Positions 11,933 to 25,409 of a stretch of 64,000 nt of DNA are shown here, in pieces. The stretch lies in contig CATNEN010000002.1 in the NCBI GenBank assembly GCA_950097015.1, positions 620,001-684,000 of the forward strand. Direction: 5' to 3'. A program made the position numbers and the translations under genes. Origin of the DNA: Macrostomum hystrix (Eukaryota > Animalia > Platyhelminthes). Numbering within the stretch: position 1 is the stretch's first letter; each line of letters starts with the position of its first letter. A model generated the notes under the pieces. It saw only the letters and a program-made list of their open reading frames with translations, searched no databases and was not told the origin of the DNA.

Positions 11933-14900
11933 GAGTCCAGCAACACCTATAGCTCTAAGCAAATCTCACTTACAATTCAATGTTTTGTGACCCACAGAGG
12001 TGCAGTAGACGGTGATAGCCATGTACTATAATATAGGATTTCGGAAATCGGAACCTGTGCTACTCATACACTTTATTGCTATATTCATGATAACAAACTT
12101 CAAATAAGAAAATACAATAAATGTACGGCCAAGTTTTTCTCATAACTCTGAGCGTAAATTTTTGTTTATACGCTCGTATTAAGAAGTTAGCACATGTATA
12201 TAAATGCTTGAATAAATAAGCAAATAAAATGACTATACAATTTTGATAAACATTTTAGCGTAAAAGTACTGTCAGAAAATAGCTCCGCATATTATAAACT
12301 ATAAGAAATTTTATAGGAATTAAAAATGTTCATCGCTTTATTAAAAGCTGCAATATTAACACTCAAAATGTCAGTCGGTTATCATTAAGGATTCTAAAGC
12401 TTGAAATAGAATATCTTGCTGTGTAGCTCTTAACAAGAATAAACAACGAGATAACTTCCGGATTCATTCTAGGCATATGTATAGATTATTCGTGAGCACC
12501 GACTGCGGTTCAACCTGTGCTTCACCAGGGCGCAACTCTAAATATAGAGAAACTAAAGTATTGATAGATAGACTGGAAATTCAATCCTTATATTAAGAAT
12601 ATTTCACAATTTAAACACGGGATTATAAACAAAAAATGTCTAATTATAGCGAGTCATCTAGAATAAGTTCTAAACAGGAAGAATTACTGAATATTTACTT
12701 TTGATAAATTTCTACAGCTAATAGAATGTGTTTATTAAAAGGAAGACAGCCATCGATGACGAACTCAGCAAGAAGGATAACAGTTTCCTGAACAATTCTT
12801 TGAAGTTAAGTCTTCAACGTGAGAACTATAACACAATTTCTTACACTGACTACTCTAAAGCACTTAGGACTACATTCAGTGCACTTCAGTATGCTCAGCA
12901 ACTTCCAGTTGAAATAAAAGAAAGTCCATGTCCGTATTTTATCCATGACTCGTCGATGGATAAAACAAAACTCGACTTTCTAATTTTAAAGCACTCGCCA
13001 CTACATCTGGCCCTCTTGATGGACACCTTCCATCGAATCAAGTGGCTGGCGTATGACTCGTCCGTTGCAGTCGCAGCTGACAAATGTCCTACCGTCGGTG
13101 TCAATGTGACCCACAATGTCTGTGTACAAGGTGAGGCTGCTCTCGGAGAGCTCTGCTGGCGGAAACTGACTAGATGCCCCCGGTTCTGGTTTCACCACTT
13201 GCAAGTAAACATCACCGGAGTCTGCGTAAGAGGTACCAGGCATGATTAGTGGCAGGGCAGGTGCGACAGACTTGGCCGCATTGTCATGCGTCGCTAGTGT
13301 GCCTGTTTTGCTAGGTATTGCCAGCTTTGTAGATTTGCCATTTGAGCCACATTTGGTTGGCTTAGCAGTTTTGCTGAGAGAAGCACGTTTAGCATTAGAG
13401 GCTCGATCAGATCTGGGGCGCGAGGCGGATTTGGCCGATGACAGCGGTCGGACTCGTCTCCCAACAGCCAGTTCAGAGACTCTGCGGCCAGTGGCGTCCG
13501 TCGGCTTGCGGCGGCTGCGCACGATGCAGAGAGCCACAATGAGACCCAGGGTGAGCAGCGAGGCCGTTGTTGCCGAGATGCCAATTCCCACTGATATGAA
13601 GAACAGATGGGTGGGCTCAGTTGAAGAGCCTCCTGGAATCGAAGTGGTGGTCCATTGATTTGCAGTAACTGAAAGTTTACATCGAGCAATGAGTATTTTA
13701 AATTTTATTTCAGCTTTTGTATGGCAGAAAAAAAACTGAATAAAATCAAAATACATAAAATTAATCAGTGTCGAATCATTCTAAATGTTGGAAAAAATAG
13801 GATACAAATGATACGTAAATTACTGTAAGATATAAAGGCTAAGGCAATAATTAAACATTTTTACTTTGGCTTGCCTGTAACTCCCGTACGAATACGGCAG
13901 TTTTATCAGTCAGTTGACTTACTTATTAAACTACTGAATACAATACTATGCGCTCACAATCAGCTGTGAGGCTTTCTACGAGCGTAAATTCAAAACAAGG
14001 CCTCATTTTTTCTCTCCGTGGCAATGGCTGGCTGGCTTAGAATATCTATGGTCTATCACATAGGGAACCACTCCGATTATTTTTTCGCTAAAATTTCGTC
14101 TGTTAAGCCTGCATTGTGCAAACAGACAAAAGACTACAGAACGGGATGTTTATTGCAAGGATACCAGTCTAATACAGCCTTTGTCCAAAAGACAAACAAT
14201 CATTTCATTGGGTCTGAGGCAGAGCATGCGTCAACTTACAACCGTCAAAACGGAAATTAGAAACTAGAAAACTGTTCAACCGACAATCGCATGAACTGAT
14301 TAGTTGTTAGATAAGCTATTGATAAGCTACGAGCTAGCACTGCCTTTACTCAACTGAATAATCTATGACGACTCAAAAGCAACACAAATTAAAAAGCGAT
14401 CGCAATGAGCTTAGCTTAGCATTTCGCATATACAATGTACTTACTTAACTCACTGCAGTTAAATGAATGCTCTGTTCGATTGAGCACATTCTTGCCAGCT
14501 GCAGTTTGATTAACGTGGCAGACTATCCGGACATGGCTTGGAGCTTGGCATTGCTGCAGTGAAATCTTGAGAATCGTACCATTTTCAACTGGTAAAAGTT
14601 TCGGCACTGACACACTGGAATCGCTCTGCAAAGTTGGGGTAGCGCTTTGAATTTCGGAATACTTGTGAAGGGATGGACACGTCAGGCACGTCAGAAGCGC
14701 ATGGATGCTTAAGAATTTGTGAAGAAATAACACGAGCGAAAGTCAGGAAGGAAGCAGAAGACGGAAATTAGGGAGCTCTTCTTAGACGATAGAATATGCT
14801 TGTATTGACATAACAAAGCTGATACGAGCGAATCTGACAATGAAAATAGTGAGATGATTGACAAAGTTAACGATTGGATTGAAATATTTCAATAAATATA

Positions 14901-17900
14901 AGCGAAACTTGTAGCATCAAAGGACAACGAATTTCTAAACCTATATGAAGAAATGGACTCACTAAATTCATCGAACACATTGTGCTTGGCTTTGGATTCG
15001 CTTCCGAAACTGAAACTTCCACAAACGCGTGACTTTGGTTCTGTCCATGAAGCTTGAAGGTAACCTGAGGCTGATCTACAAAGAAATAAATCAATAGCAG
15101 AAACTGGTGATTGGATGATGATGAAAAATTGATTAGAACTATTATGTATCTCTCACAAAATACGCTGACGTTTTGAACAAGCTGATCAGCTCTGCTTGAG
15201 CACGGGTGATTGGCGATGCACACCAGTTTGGACCCGTGCATCGATCGATGCGCTGTGATGCGGAACGCGGACTGGCCGTTCGATTCAGAAATATTTTCTA
15301 GTGAGATGTTCTCCTGCAAAGCAGTTCGTTCAGTTATTTAGTTCTATGTGATTCTTATATGCCAATAAGGTTATTGAAAACATACAGATTGGAATTTAGT
15401 CTTGAGCTGCAGCCAGCATTGGTGCTTCACTTGAGGGCTGTCACTGACTGAGCTGACATTGACAGAAATGACGTCGCCCTCCCAAACACTGACAGTCTGC
15501 GTTGCTGTCCATCTGCTTTCTGGCTGCTCTAAAACGGAATAATTGTATCATTAAGAACGCTAAACGTAAACGAATCAGTGCGCAGTGTCATCAGGCGAGA
15601 TGCTGGGTTGTCTACTATTTTCCGTCAGTCTAATTATTGATTCCGGCTTCCGTTTCGACTACCTCTTCCACTTCCATCTGATGCTACCCAAACCTCTTAT
15701 TGGTCAAATCTCAAAAAATCAATCCGATTGATACAGATTGAAGTCTCGCTGTTTTGCGCTGCTAAACAGAAAAACTCCGCAACCCAACCACAATGACTCC
15801 TGCAAGGCTTTGAAAGCAGCCGACATGTGCTCAATGGAGCTCATTCACTGTGCATGCGAATCTATTCCTAAGTTCTCTGAGTACAATAGCTCGACACACT
15901 AGCGGATACTTTTTCACCTGCTCCCAAGGCATACGATCAATGTTATTAGAACACGGCCAATGCCGCACGTCGCAACGAATACATACAGCACTATCGAGCT
16001 GTTTTGGCCGGGGTCGGTGGCAGAGCGGTAAACGCATTTGACTCTCGCACCAAGGTCCCTAAGTTAAATTCCACGGCGAGGCCACATTTATATGGGGCCC
16101 AGACGCGGAGGGAGGCTTATGGGTGTAACTACGAGCTCTCCCGCATCTCATCGCTCCGCTGTCTCATCTTTTCCTGTCTCATCTCTCACGTGTCTCATCT
16201 CTCCTCTCGTACAATTCAGGCTAAACTTGTTTCTGTTCATAAAAAATATAAATGTTTGCATGTATAAAGTCACACACAAGCTTAAGTTTCTCTAACAGTG
16301 CGGGCATCTCAGAGCAATCAACGAGAAGTACTCACTTTGCAGGTTAATTATGCTGCTGTTAAACTCTGCCGCATCGGCACCCGAGAAATTTTGCTTCATT
16401 CTGCAGCTAATCACCTTCCCACTGTCCTCCAATGTCACGTTGAAACTGAAGGCAAAGCCACCCTGGACCACTTTCTGCAAAAATGTAACCATGGTATCTT
16501 AAGACTTCGCTTTAAGCAATCCCAGTCACACATGGGATAGCTGATGTCGGGGCTAAAGTGATTTAAGCATTTTGTACTTGGCCTCACATTGCGTGACTCT
16601 GAAAATGTGCCAGCGAAAGTGCAGCTGACAAATGAGGCTTCAGGATTTCCAAGGTCGGTCACATTGAGGCGGAAATGTGCAGTGAAGCCGTGACACAAGA
16701 CTGGGGACAGCTGCTGTACTGTTGCAGCTGGCCGGTCTACAATGGAATAACATTCGTATTTAGATTGTGTATGACACTTGCAATCTGTTCTACACTGCTT
16801 ATTTTGAAAGAGAGAATGCCAGTATGAACTTTTCGGTAAATTCAGGGAGGAAAAACCTCAGTAAAAACGGAGACTATTGACCAAGTCCGAGGGCATTGAG
16901 TAGATATACTCTAGGAATATACATCTAGAAGTGTTAGTTGGACTCTGTCAGAGTCTGAAATTTAATAAAGAATTCGAATAGTGTCTGTATATACTCGCAT
17001 GCGCATTGACCGCTAAAACAAACTGCTCAGAAACATTTTTTCTTACGTTGAATGGCTTCTTTGTAAGTCCCGTGACTGGGACACGTCACTTGTGTACCAC
17101 TCAGTGGAAAGTAGGAAATTAACATTCTTGGGGTTCGCTTCCAGCCCAGTTGCTATGCCAAATATCCATTAGCAACCAGCTAAGGCAAAGAGGAATTTGA
17201 AGTACAGAAGCAAATAAAGCAGAGAATGGAGCATCATCATGAGACAGGGTACAGCAGAAAGGGGAGGGACAGGAGACGATAAGAAATAATTGTGCAAACA
17301 AACAATATTTCCAAAATGGAATTTGCTAGCAATCTACAAGCCTTTGGGTTTCCATGAAACTGATCAGCTTCTTCCAGCCAGAGAACAGACCCAGGCTACT
17401 CACAGTACACAGGTGGAGCATTTATAGACTCGTTCCTTTCACAGCCGAGTCCCGGCTGGCTCACAGAGCACCGGATGCGGGCTGAAGAACCCCATCGTCT
17501 GGCTGCGTGTCCGGTGAAAGACTCGCTTGCGACTGACTTCTGCAGAAATGAAGCCGAGAAATCAGCGACCATTTCTCATGAAAGTAGCTCAAAATGTCCA
17601 ACTAAAGAAGGCATGTGCCTTCAAATCTCCCATTATTGCTTAGAAAGCTGCTTGCGATAGAATTATTGGACATTCTACAATCTTTCATAAACTACTTACA
17701 GAGAGGCTTCTCATTGTTTCTTCTCCTTGCTGGGTGAGCACTGAGCAATGATAGCTGGTGTGAAACGGCCAGTTGCTGCTTGTTGAGTTCACTGTGACAC
17801 TGACGACTGATCCTTCCAGCCAGTAGCTGCCGGGTGACAGTGAGATGCGAGCCTCACAGGGGTCTGAAGTGCACGCAGGGTGTAAGCAAAGATAATGATT

Positions 17901-20900
17901 CGCTTGTCACAAGTGCTTCAAATATTTCTATCTAAGATTTTGTAGCATATCAGCTTACAAACTAACGGAGGAATTTTCAGTGTTTGCTTTGTAGTTTCAG
18001 ATTTGGTATTGTACGCAGAGTGGCTCTCATTTGAACTTAATTCTTGTCCACAAAAGATACAGCTGTTCTCCAGGGATGAGCTCACATCCAACCTGAACTC
18101 GTGGACCACGTTTAGACAGAAGTGGCACGAGCTGGTGCTTTTGGTTTCCAATTTCTGAAAATGTCGGCAACGAGTATGTTTAGTCCGACTCATTGCCAAA
18201 TATGACTGCCATGTGCTAGCTGTCTTACATTCACTCACCACGAGCTTCCTTTTTATTTCGTATGTTGAGTATTTCTGACATTTGTAAGTAACTTGTTGTT
18301 CTCCAGGTCCAATTTTCTGCTCCAAGCAGTTGCAAACTCTACAGGCAATCAATGTCACAGGAAATCCGCCATCACTGGTGACGCTGAAGATGACGGATCT
18401 TCCTTCTACCCAGAACTGGCGCCCACCGATTTGTAGACCGGAATCATTGAAGTTTAATTGCAAGTCTATGGGTGTCACTGAGTGAATTGTGGGCATTCAT
18501 TTATTATATAATTCAGTTTACGGCATGTACAAACAACAAGAGAATCATACTATTTAAAAAATTATATTATTTTGTTTTAGTATTCAGAGGGATGCAATCG
18601 GCTGCCATTGCGCAACCGTCAGTCAAATTGACCCGAACCTAGCGGGGCCGCAGCATGAAAAATGTAGTGAGAATGGATCTGGACCTTTGATGTGTGAGTC
18701 TCATCAGATATCCTAATACGGTGGAATGCCAGACTGCATGATCGCACAGCTGACACTGTTGAAGGCAGCTAATCTGAGAGCTCTCTGATTCGGAGAGCTA
18801 ATCTGAGGTGAGCAACGATTTGATCCGCTGAGTTCATTCAATCTCTCTTGTTTTCATCATGATCAAAGGAAACAAATCAGTAAAATGCATATCGAGTACC
18901 ATCGAGTTGTAGCCTTGTCGAGGCACTGCGGGTTGAGTTGTGGCAGCTGAATTCGCACAGGAGAACCCAATCGAACAGGCTGTTCACTGCATGGAATCGC
19001 AGCAAAAAGTTCCATGCCTCAGGCTTCAAAACTGTCTGGAATAAGAAAATATCACCACTTCGTGCTTGCTGACAAGCAAAGCTCATCAACCAAGGTGAAA
19101 GGTCAGCTCAGGACTCACCAAGTTCCCATTCCACTGCTCGCCAGCCTGAGATGTGATCCTGCAGCTGGGCTGTCTGCCGGAATCCATTGGGCACAGCAGA
19201 GACACGTTCACAAGGACTGAATCACCGAGTCTCAAATGTTTCAGCCCAGGTTTGCATCGCTCAATCTTGTTCGAGACGGCGGCACAAGTAGAAAAATAAG
19301 CATGGTTTGCTTCTGCACAGGAATGAGAGATGCCCAGTGTTTTAGAGAGAGTAGAACAAGTCCATATTACAAGTCCAAAAGCATTCATTTCGGAATATTA
19401 CGAGCGCATAGCAATTTTAAGGCTCAATGAGATCAATGAGATACGAAAGCTCACCTTCTGTGATATCCAAGCCGTTGAAGGATGAGAATGAACTCCCTGG
19501 ACGCTGCCGAATAAGAATGTGCTCAGTCGGCTGCAATTTGAGTTGTGATGCATGAGCTTAGAACAGTCATCTGATCAATCTGGACTCTCAGTCGAGTCAG
19601 TGGAGAGTGCAGTTACCAGTGGAATGGTGGTCCTGTTGCACTGCACGAAGAACTCCGCAGTCGAGCCGGCTGAGACGCCTGCCCAGCCGCAGGAGGACAG
19701 AGCGGTCGAGTTGTGTCTGAGCACGGCGCGGCAGTTCGAGTCAGCCGCGAACGCTTCGGGTGGCAACCAGCTGCCGAGGAGAACCTGCAAGCCGCTGCCT
19801 CCAGCTGAAATGGCAAAGCGGCTGGCTTGACAACAACGAACTGACTCTGAGCTCAGCTGGGACTCACCTGCGTGCACAGTGACAGACAGCACTCGGACTT
19901 CTCTGACCAGCTTCAGCAGCAGCCAGTGGAAGCCGTCAGAGTCAGCGACTCTCCCGAGGTTCCAGGGCCGCTCGCTGAACTGGGACTCGCTGACGCAGCT
20001 TGGAGAACTGGCACCGCCGGACTGCCAACCGGCAGCCACGTCCGCGAGGGAGACGCGGAACGTCCGGCTGTCAGCCGCGCCTGCCAGTAGGCCTGAGGGT
20101 CGTGGGATTGGGTCGAATTATGTAAAAATAACATGCAGAAATGTAGCACGCAGTCACCGTATATTAATGGTCATTTTGGAGTGATAAAAACGGCTCCGGT
20201 CTGAAATCTCCTCTCCAAAGATTTTATGCGACCGATTGAATAAATTCAGAATTGAACTCACTGCCAACTGAAATGGCTGTGACAGCTGACGCAATACGAG
20301 CTATTAGGTTAGGGAATTTCAAGTTTTGCAAGAAGACCAAATTTTTATTTAATTTTTTTCTAGAATTTTTAAGAATACACAGCTGTTTAATAAATCATTT
20401 AACGAGTTTCTGGCTTGTAAGTTTGTTTGGTTGCCATTCGTTTCTTGATTGAGCTTTTGTGATCGAGGATTGAGTTCAGTATCGCAGCATTCTTACCACA
20501 CAAGCAGCAGCAGCAGCAGAGCCAGGACCACAAGAAGCTCTGCCAAGAAGACAGTTGACAGAAGCTCGGCATATTTTGTTGCAGCTAATGAAAGTGGTAC
20601 TCGAGCTTCTGCTGCTAATTAAGAAATTCGGGTTTGTGTTTCAGTCAAGCTGCCTTTTATATTTTGATCCGCCAAGGGTCGGGAATGGAAAGCAGCCCTG
20701 TCAGCTGTTGCTGCTAAATACCGATTTGGTCCATCGGTGTGCCGATTTTGGCAGTTTTATTGCACTGGTGGATAAAGCTAGCGTGCATTGTAAACAATGA
20801 TTCTGCCAGCAACGAGGCGCAGCACCTCAACAGAAATCAGCTGCATCGAAGCTTTGCGTTCGGCCTCTCAAAGCCATTTTTCTTTGTGCTGAAACAGGAC

Positions 20901-22103
20901 AGAGAAATAAGAAATGCAGGAAGAGACAATTCTTTTCTGGAAACACTTCACATCCTTGCTGATGTATATTTCATTTAACTATTCATAAAGTATTCTTGTC
21001 TTTCCTTTTTGCCTAAAATTATTCACTCTGACAATTCCTGTGTAAGCAAACAGGCAAACATAAACATCACTGATTCAACTTTAACTAAGAATAAGCTATA
21101 CAAATTAAATACATTGAATTGCTGATTGTAGTGTTTGCACTAGCCAAATATAGAATGCGCCTGACACTTACCTGCGACCATCTAGTAAAATTAAATACTC
21201 ACTGATTAACCAGATAATTATTCATCTGCTATCAGACTCAGATAAAGTTTCATCCAACAACTGAATGGTTATAGACAAGTTTAAATCGGAATTTTACATG
21301 GCATAGGACAAGGACCAGTGGAATAGCGGTCCTGTTGCACTGCACGAAGAACTCCGCAGTCGAGCCGTCTGAGACGTTCAGTGTTCAGTCATCGCGAGAG
21401 TGCCACCTTTCTGACACCTTTTAACTTTGACACCTGTCAACTAGTGATCGACCATTTCATTAGCTCGTTCTAGAGCTCTTTGCTTATGTCTCTTTATTTC
21501 TTCTTAATTCATGATTCACTCGAGCTGTAGCCTCAAAGCCGCCGTAAACAAAGTGCCGATCGCCAGCCCGACGCACAATGCGACCGCCAGGGCACCCAGG
21601 CCGAGCCCCATCAGGTTATTCCCAGACTGCGCGTGAGGCTCACGAAGAAGCGACTTGGCCAGCGTGCCGTCTTACTTCGGGGCGTCCGTTGGAGCTTCAA
21701 GCGGCTTGGTCAAAGGCTCAACTGTCGACTTGCTTACTTTCTGAGCATCCGATACGAAGGTTCTTGAGAAGCCGTCGGCAGCTACAGTGGAAGCAATGCT
21801 ATCGGCGGCCAAGCCAATATGCAAGTCAGCTCCCGTGGTCTCAGTTGAGGACTTTTCGATGGCTAAAATGGTGAGATCGTTCGACAGTCGTTGCATTCAC
21901 GATCGGAATTGTGATATTCGAGTGCATTCTCTAATTTCCACTCACTGTAGTTTGCCTGAAACATTTTCGAGTTTCTCAATGGACCGAAAAAACTCGGTCT
22001 CCGATCTCCGTGAACTGGCTGACCTGACAGGTGACGGTGACTGCAGCCTGAGGCTCCAGGAGCCGTTGGAGCAGCTGGGCTCTTCGGACCCAGCCAGAAT
22101 TGG
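11924..22103. repeat. Segmental tandem duplication, copy B
   Basis: Near-identical to 1-10372; see copy A. Confidence 0.97.
13001..20572 (-). CDS. Multi-exon type I membrane IgSF receptor 'gene Y', copy B
   Basis: Signal exon 20572-20497 (...WSWL-C5-LCG). Same exon series as copy A. TM/tail exon 13668-13001. Confidence 0.78.
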
Positions 22104-24270
22104 GACCCAGCCGTTCTGACAAGGGAATAATCTGAAGTAAAATCACAATGCTGTCAACATTTATCAACATATTCTTAGAAAAATTCAGCAATACATCACT
22201 TGATCCTTTCATCGATATTTAATGGAAACTTTTTGTACGCTCGTAATTTAAATCCCTATTGTGCAATCAGCCCCTCATCCCAACGGGACTGGTTCAGGGA
22301 CGATCACCGTCACAGTGTCGATGCTGACAGCTTCTGATGTCAGCGAGCAGTGCAGTTCAGGCCGAGGGTTTCCCTCCTCCGTCAGCACTGCCTGCACCAG
22401 GTCTGAGCCGTTGACAAGCCGGCCAGACCAGCCGATGGTGCTCGCGGAGACTGCAAAGGCAGGAGAGGAAAGTCATGAGGTCGCGGATTCCCATGACGCA
22501 CACTCCAGTGTCAAATCGATTAGAGTGAGCTGTGATGGTCTGCGAGAATTCCTGAGTGTATTCTGACCTTCCTGCCTGACTGGCTCTGCATTTCAGGTGT
22601 CCAGAGTTGAATATCCGAACGACGATGATGGAGAACTTGCTCAAGAGGTGAGACGGACCCGCATAACCGCGGCTCGGTTTCAGACGCACCTGGAGATTGC
22701 GGACGGTACAATAACCAGAGTACTCAATCAATACAAGTTCAACAGTGAAAGCAGTTTTGGATTCACCTGAGAGCCGTCAGCGATCTGCAGCCAGCACTGT
22801 TGATTGGGCTCCGGGTTGCCCTCGAGAGACTCCACACTGAAGGTCATTCGCTGGCCCTCCTTCAACACGATTGGTGCGTTCGCGGACCAGTTGCTTCTGG
22901 CGGTGACTGAAATGAGTTAAGTACAAGAAAATCATATCAGAATCAGAGATGTGAGAAATCGGAGAGCTTCTCACAATGAACCGTCAGGCTTCGAGACGCT
23001 CTCCGCCAGAACAGATTGAGCGATCCATTGTTCTGGGTGTGGTCGCACTCGACAACGCATCCATGCACCATCGCCTTCGTCACTTCGAAGCTGCCAGTCT
23101 GAAATGACATGCAACGGGCCATGCAGTCGAGTTTGGGTTTGCTCGAGAGTATTGACAGAGTCCTCTCACAAGGTTCTCCGTCAGTGGGAGCAAGGTAACT
23201 GAGCCCGTGCATGAGAGGCTGCAGCTCACAGTCGGCTGTGGCTGGCCTGGTGTGACGTGGACCCTGAAATCTGTGGCATTGCCTACTTCCAGTACGTCTG
23301 GCAGATCTATGCTCAGTGCGGCCGGATCTGCAGAGGGGAGTAGAGACGCTAAGATATGAGCACCGATTCGATTGAAAATGCTGGACTGCGAATGCTTACT
23401 CACAGTAGACTGTAAGTCTCTGACTGAAGAAGTGCAAAAACTAGCGAGTATTGGCCACACACCTCAGCACCGTTTGGTCCATCAAAGGCGTAGCGGTGAA
23501 GACAAAGCGAGTCAATAGGGGAGATTCTCCAAGTCGCGATCCATTGTTCGCAAAGGCTTTTTTAAGCAAGAAAATCAATTACTTTTAGGCCGTGGCTCAT
23601 CGAGAACATTATATTCAACTTACCGTAGAGCCATTGGCTAGTATGATGACACACAGATGACGTGGCACAGGGTTACCATTGAGAGATGTCAACGTCACCT
23701 GAAAGTTATCTCCCTGCATGACCCTCAGAGTGGGAGTTCCGGTCCATGAACTGTTGGATCGGTCTGCTGGAATTATCGATCGAAGGTTTAACAGAAGTGC
23801 ACGGACAGGAATGCATGACGGGTTAATATTTATTGATACTTTACTTTCTGACTGTTCTTACTAACATTCAATGTTTAAAATCTCATTAGCCCAGTCCGAG
23901 AACACCATTTTTGAGTTGATGGTCTGATTGAGCAAACAGACTAGGTGATCTCCATGATGCATGCTTCTCAGGGGGCTCTGCAAGTTAACTGGAGAGAACT
24001 GGACAGAAGGCTATTGAAGACGCTAATTAGAGTGTAGCACCAACAGGTGACATCTATTGCTCAGCAGACCTAGTACTCAGGAGCAATGAGCTCATCAGAG
24101 TGAAGCCTCTGTAAGGATGCCGCAGGTGAGACTGTTTACTAAGTGGATTTTTCAAAACCGCTTCCTCACCTCCTGCTTCTTCCAATTAATGAAGAGAATA
24201 TACACTCTGCAGTCAGTCGCTGCCGCATTGCTGCAGTCGGCAGGTGTTCGCATCGCTAAATGGTTGTCCT
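21516..24270 (-). pseudogene. Paralogous IgSF 'gene X' (Ig-like exons, stalk, TM) with a frameshift and an in-frame TAA before the TM helix; 5' end not located
   Basis: Ig-like exons RSMHHGDHLVCLLNQ, LNGNPVPRHLC, PGQPQPTVSCSL, EGNPRPELHCSL and AAVTVTCQVSQ. Stalk ...EAPTDAPK*(21674-21672) continues in frame as DGTLAKSLLREPHAQSGNNLMGLGLGALAVALCVGLAIGTLFTAALRLQLE*. Confidence 0.65.
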
Positions 24271-24397
24271 AGATTGAAAATTCGGCAATTGATGATTCGG
24301 TAGAATTTTCTTTCAGATTCCATGGAGATTCGGTACAGAACATAAAAGCATACAGAACGAAGCGGAAAATTTTCTCAGAGCTTCAGGTGTAACGGGG

Positions 24398-24720
24398 GCT
24401 GAGGGGTTTTAACGCGTTTTCCCCTCGCACCAAGGTCCTGAGCTCGATTCCGCGGCGAGGCCACATTCATTTGGGGCGCAGCCGAGGAGAGAAGGCTTGG
24501 GGGCTTGTCGTGCAATTTACGCACTTAAGGGGCAAACCTCCAAGGCACAGTGAGAGTATACACTGTCTAACGATGAGAAAGTCAGGGCAGATGTACACAC
24601 CTGTGTGAGCCTGCATACAGTATCTGTGTGCGTGTGTGCTCAGGAGTCAGCCAAATGGGCAAAACTGCCTGAGAATTGCCTGCGCGTCTATTGTCACCAA
24701 ATCGTGTGCAATGAAAATCG
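24398..24720 (+). mobile_element. SINE family 2 copy (other copies: ~27868-28030 +, ~36500-36707 -, ~49690-49990 +, ~54770-55035 -, ~55048-55182 +)
   Basis: Shared motifs CTCGCACCAAGGTCC, GGGGCTTGTC..GCAATTTAC, GATGAGAAAGTCAGGGCAGATGTACAC and GTGTGCTCAGGAGTCA. Confidence 0.75.
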
Positions 24721-25409
24721 CGCAATCCCTCAATAAAAACAAAAGACAAAGTTCTCACTCTTCACTCAGGTTGAGAAGTATTTGCTACATATTTTATATT
24801 TAGGGCGCTTTTGATAAGCGAACAAAAAGATTGTCTCGACTGCAACCTGCCTTATCCAGAAAATGATGGATAGAAAATTCGACAATATCTCTTGCGACGA
24901 GAAGAACTTTAAAAACCAAAAGCAACGAAGCGCCTTGTGCTGTGGGTGGAACGTCACTCGAGACGAAATGGTGTGACATGCGGCATCGGTGCATTCGCAT
25001 CTTTCTCCCTCTCGAGAATATCGCCTTGAATATTACGAGCGTAGTAGTTTTAAACGCAAAATAAGTTTTTGCGTTTAAAAAATTAGGAAAACAAATGTCT
25101 TGTGACAAAAACTGCATTTAGATAGAAAAGTACGAGCTCGTATCATTGATTCTGAATGATCACAGCGATAACAGTGAAAGTTTATCATGAAGTTGCTCTT
25201 TTTTAAGTATCCATGTGACACTCTAATTAAAACCCTTTTTTCAAAAATTACCTGTGCAACAAAATGAAACAGGCATAAAACGTAAAATAAGCTCTAGACA
25301 TAAAAATAAAACAACAACAACAATCGGTCATTTGATATAACCAGTAAAGTTTCAGTAATACAACTTTCTAGCAAAAAACTGCTAGAAAAGTGTCAAGACT
25401 CCTCGAGCT

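Noticed and set aside
12728-13658. Plus-strand ORFs of 173 and 138 aa (and A-copy equivalents)
   Set aside because: Antisense shadows of the gene Y tail exon. The 173-aa ORF is broken by a stop in copy A.
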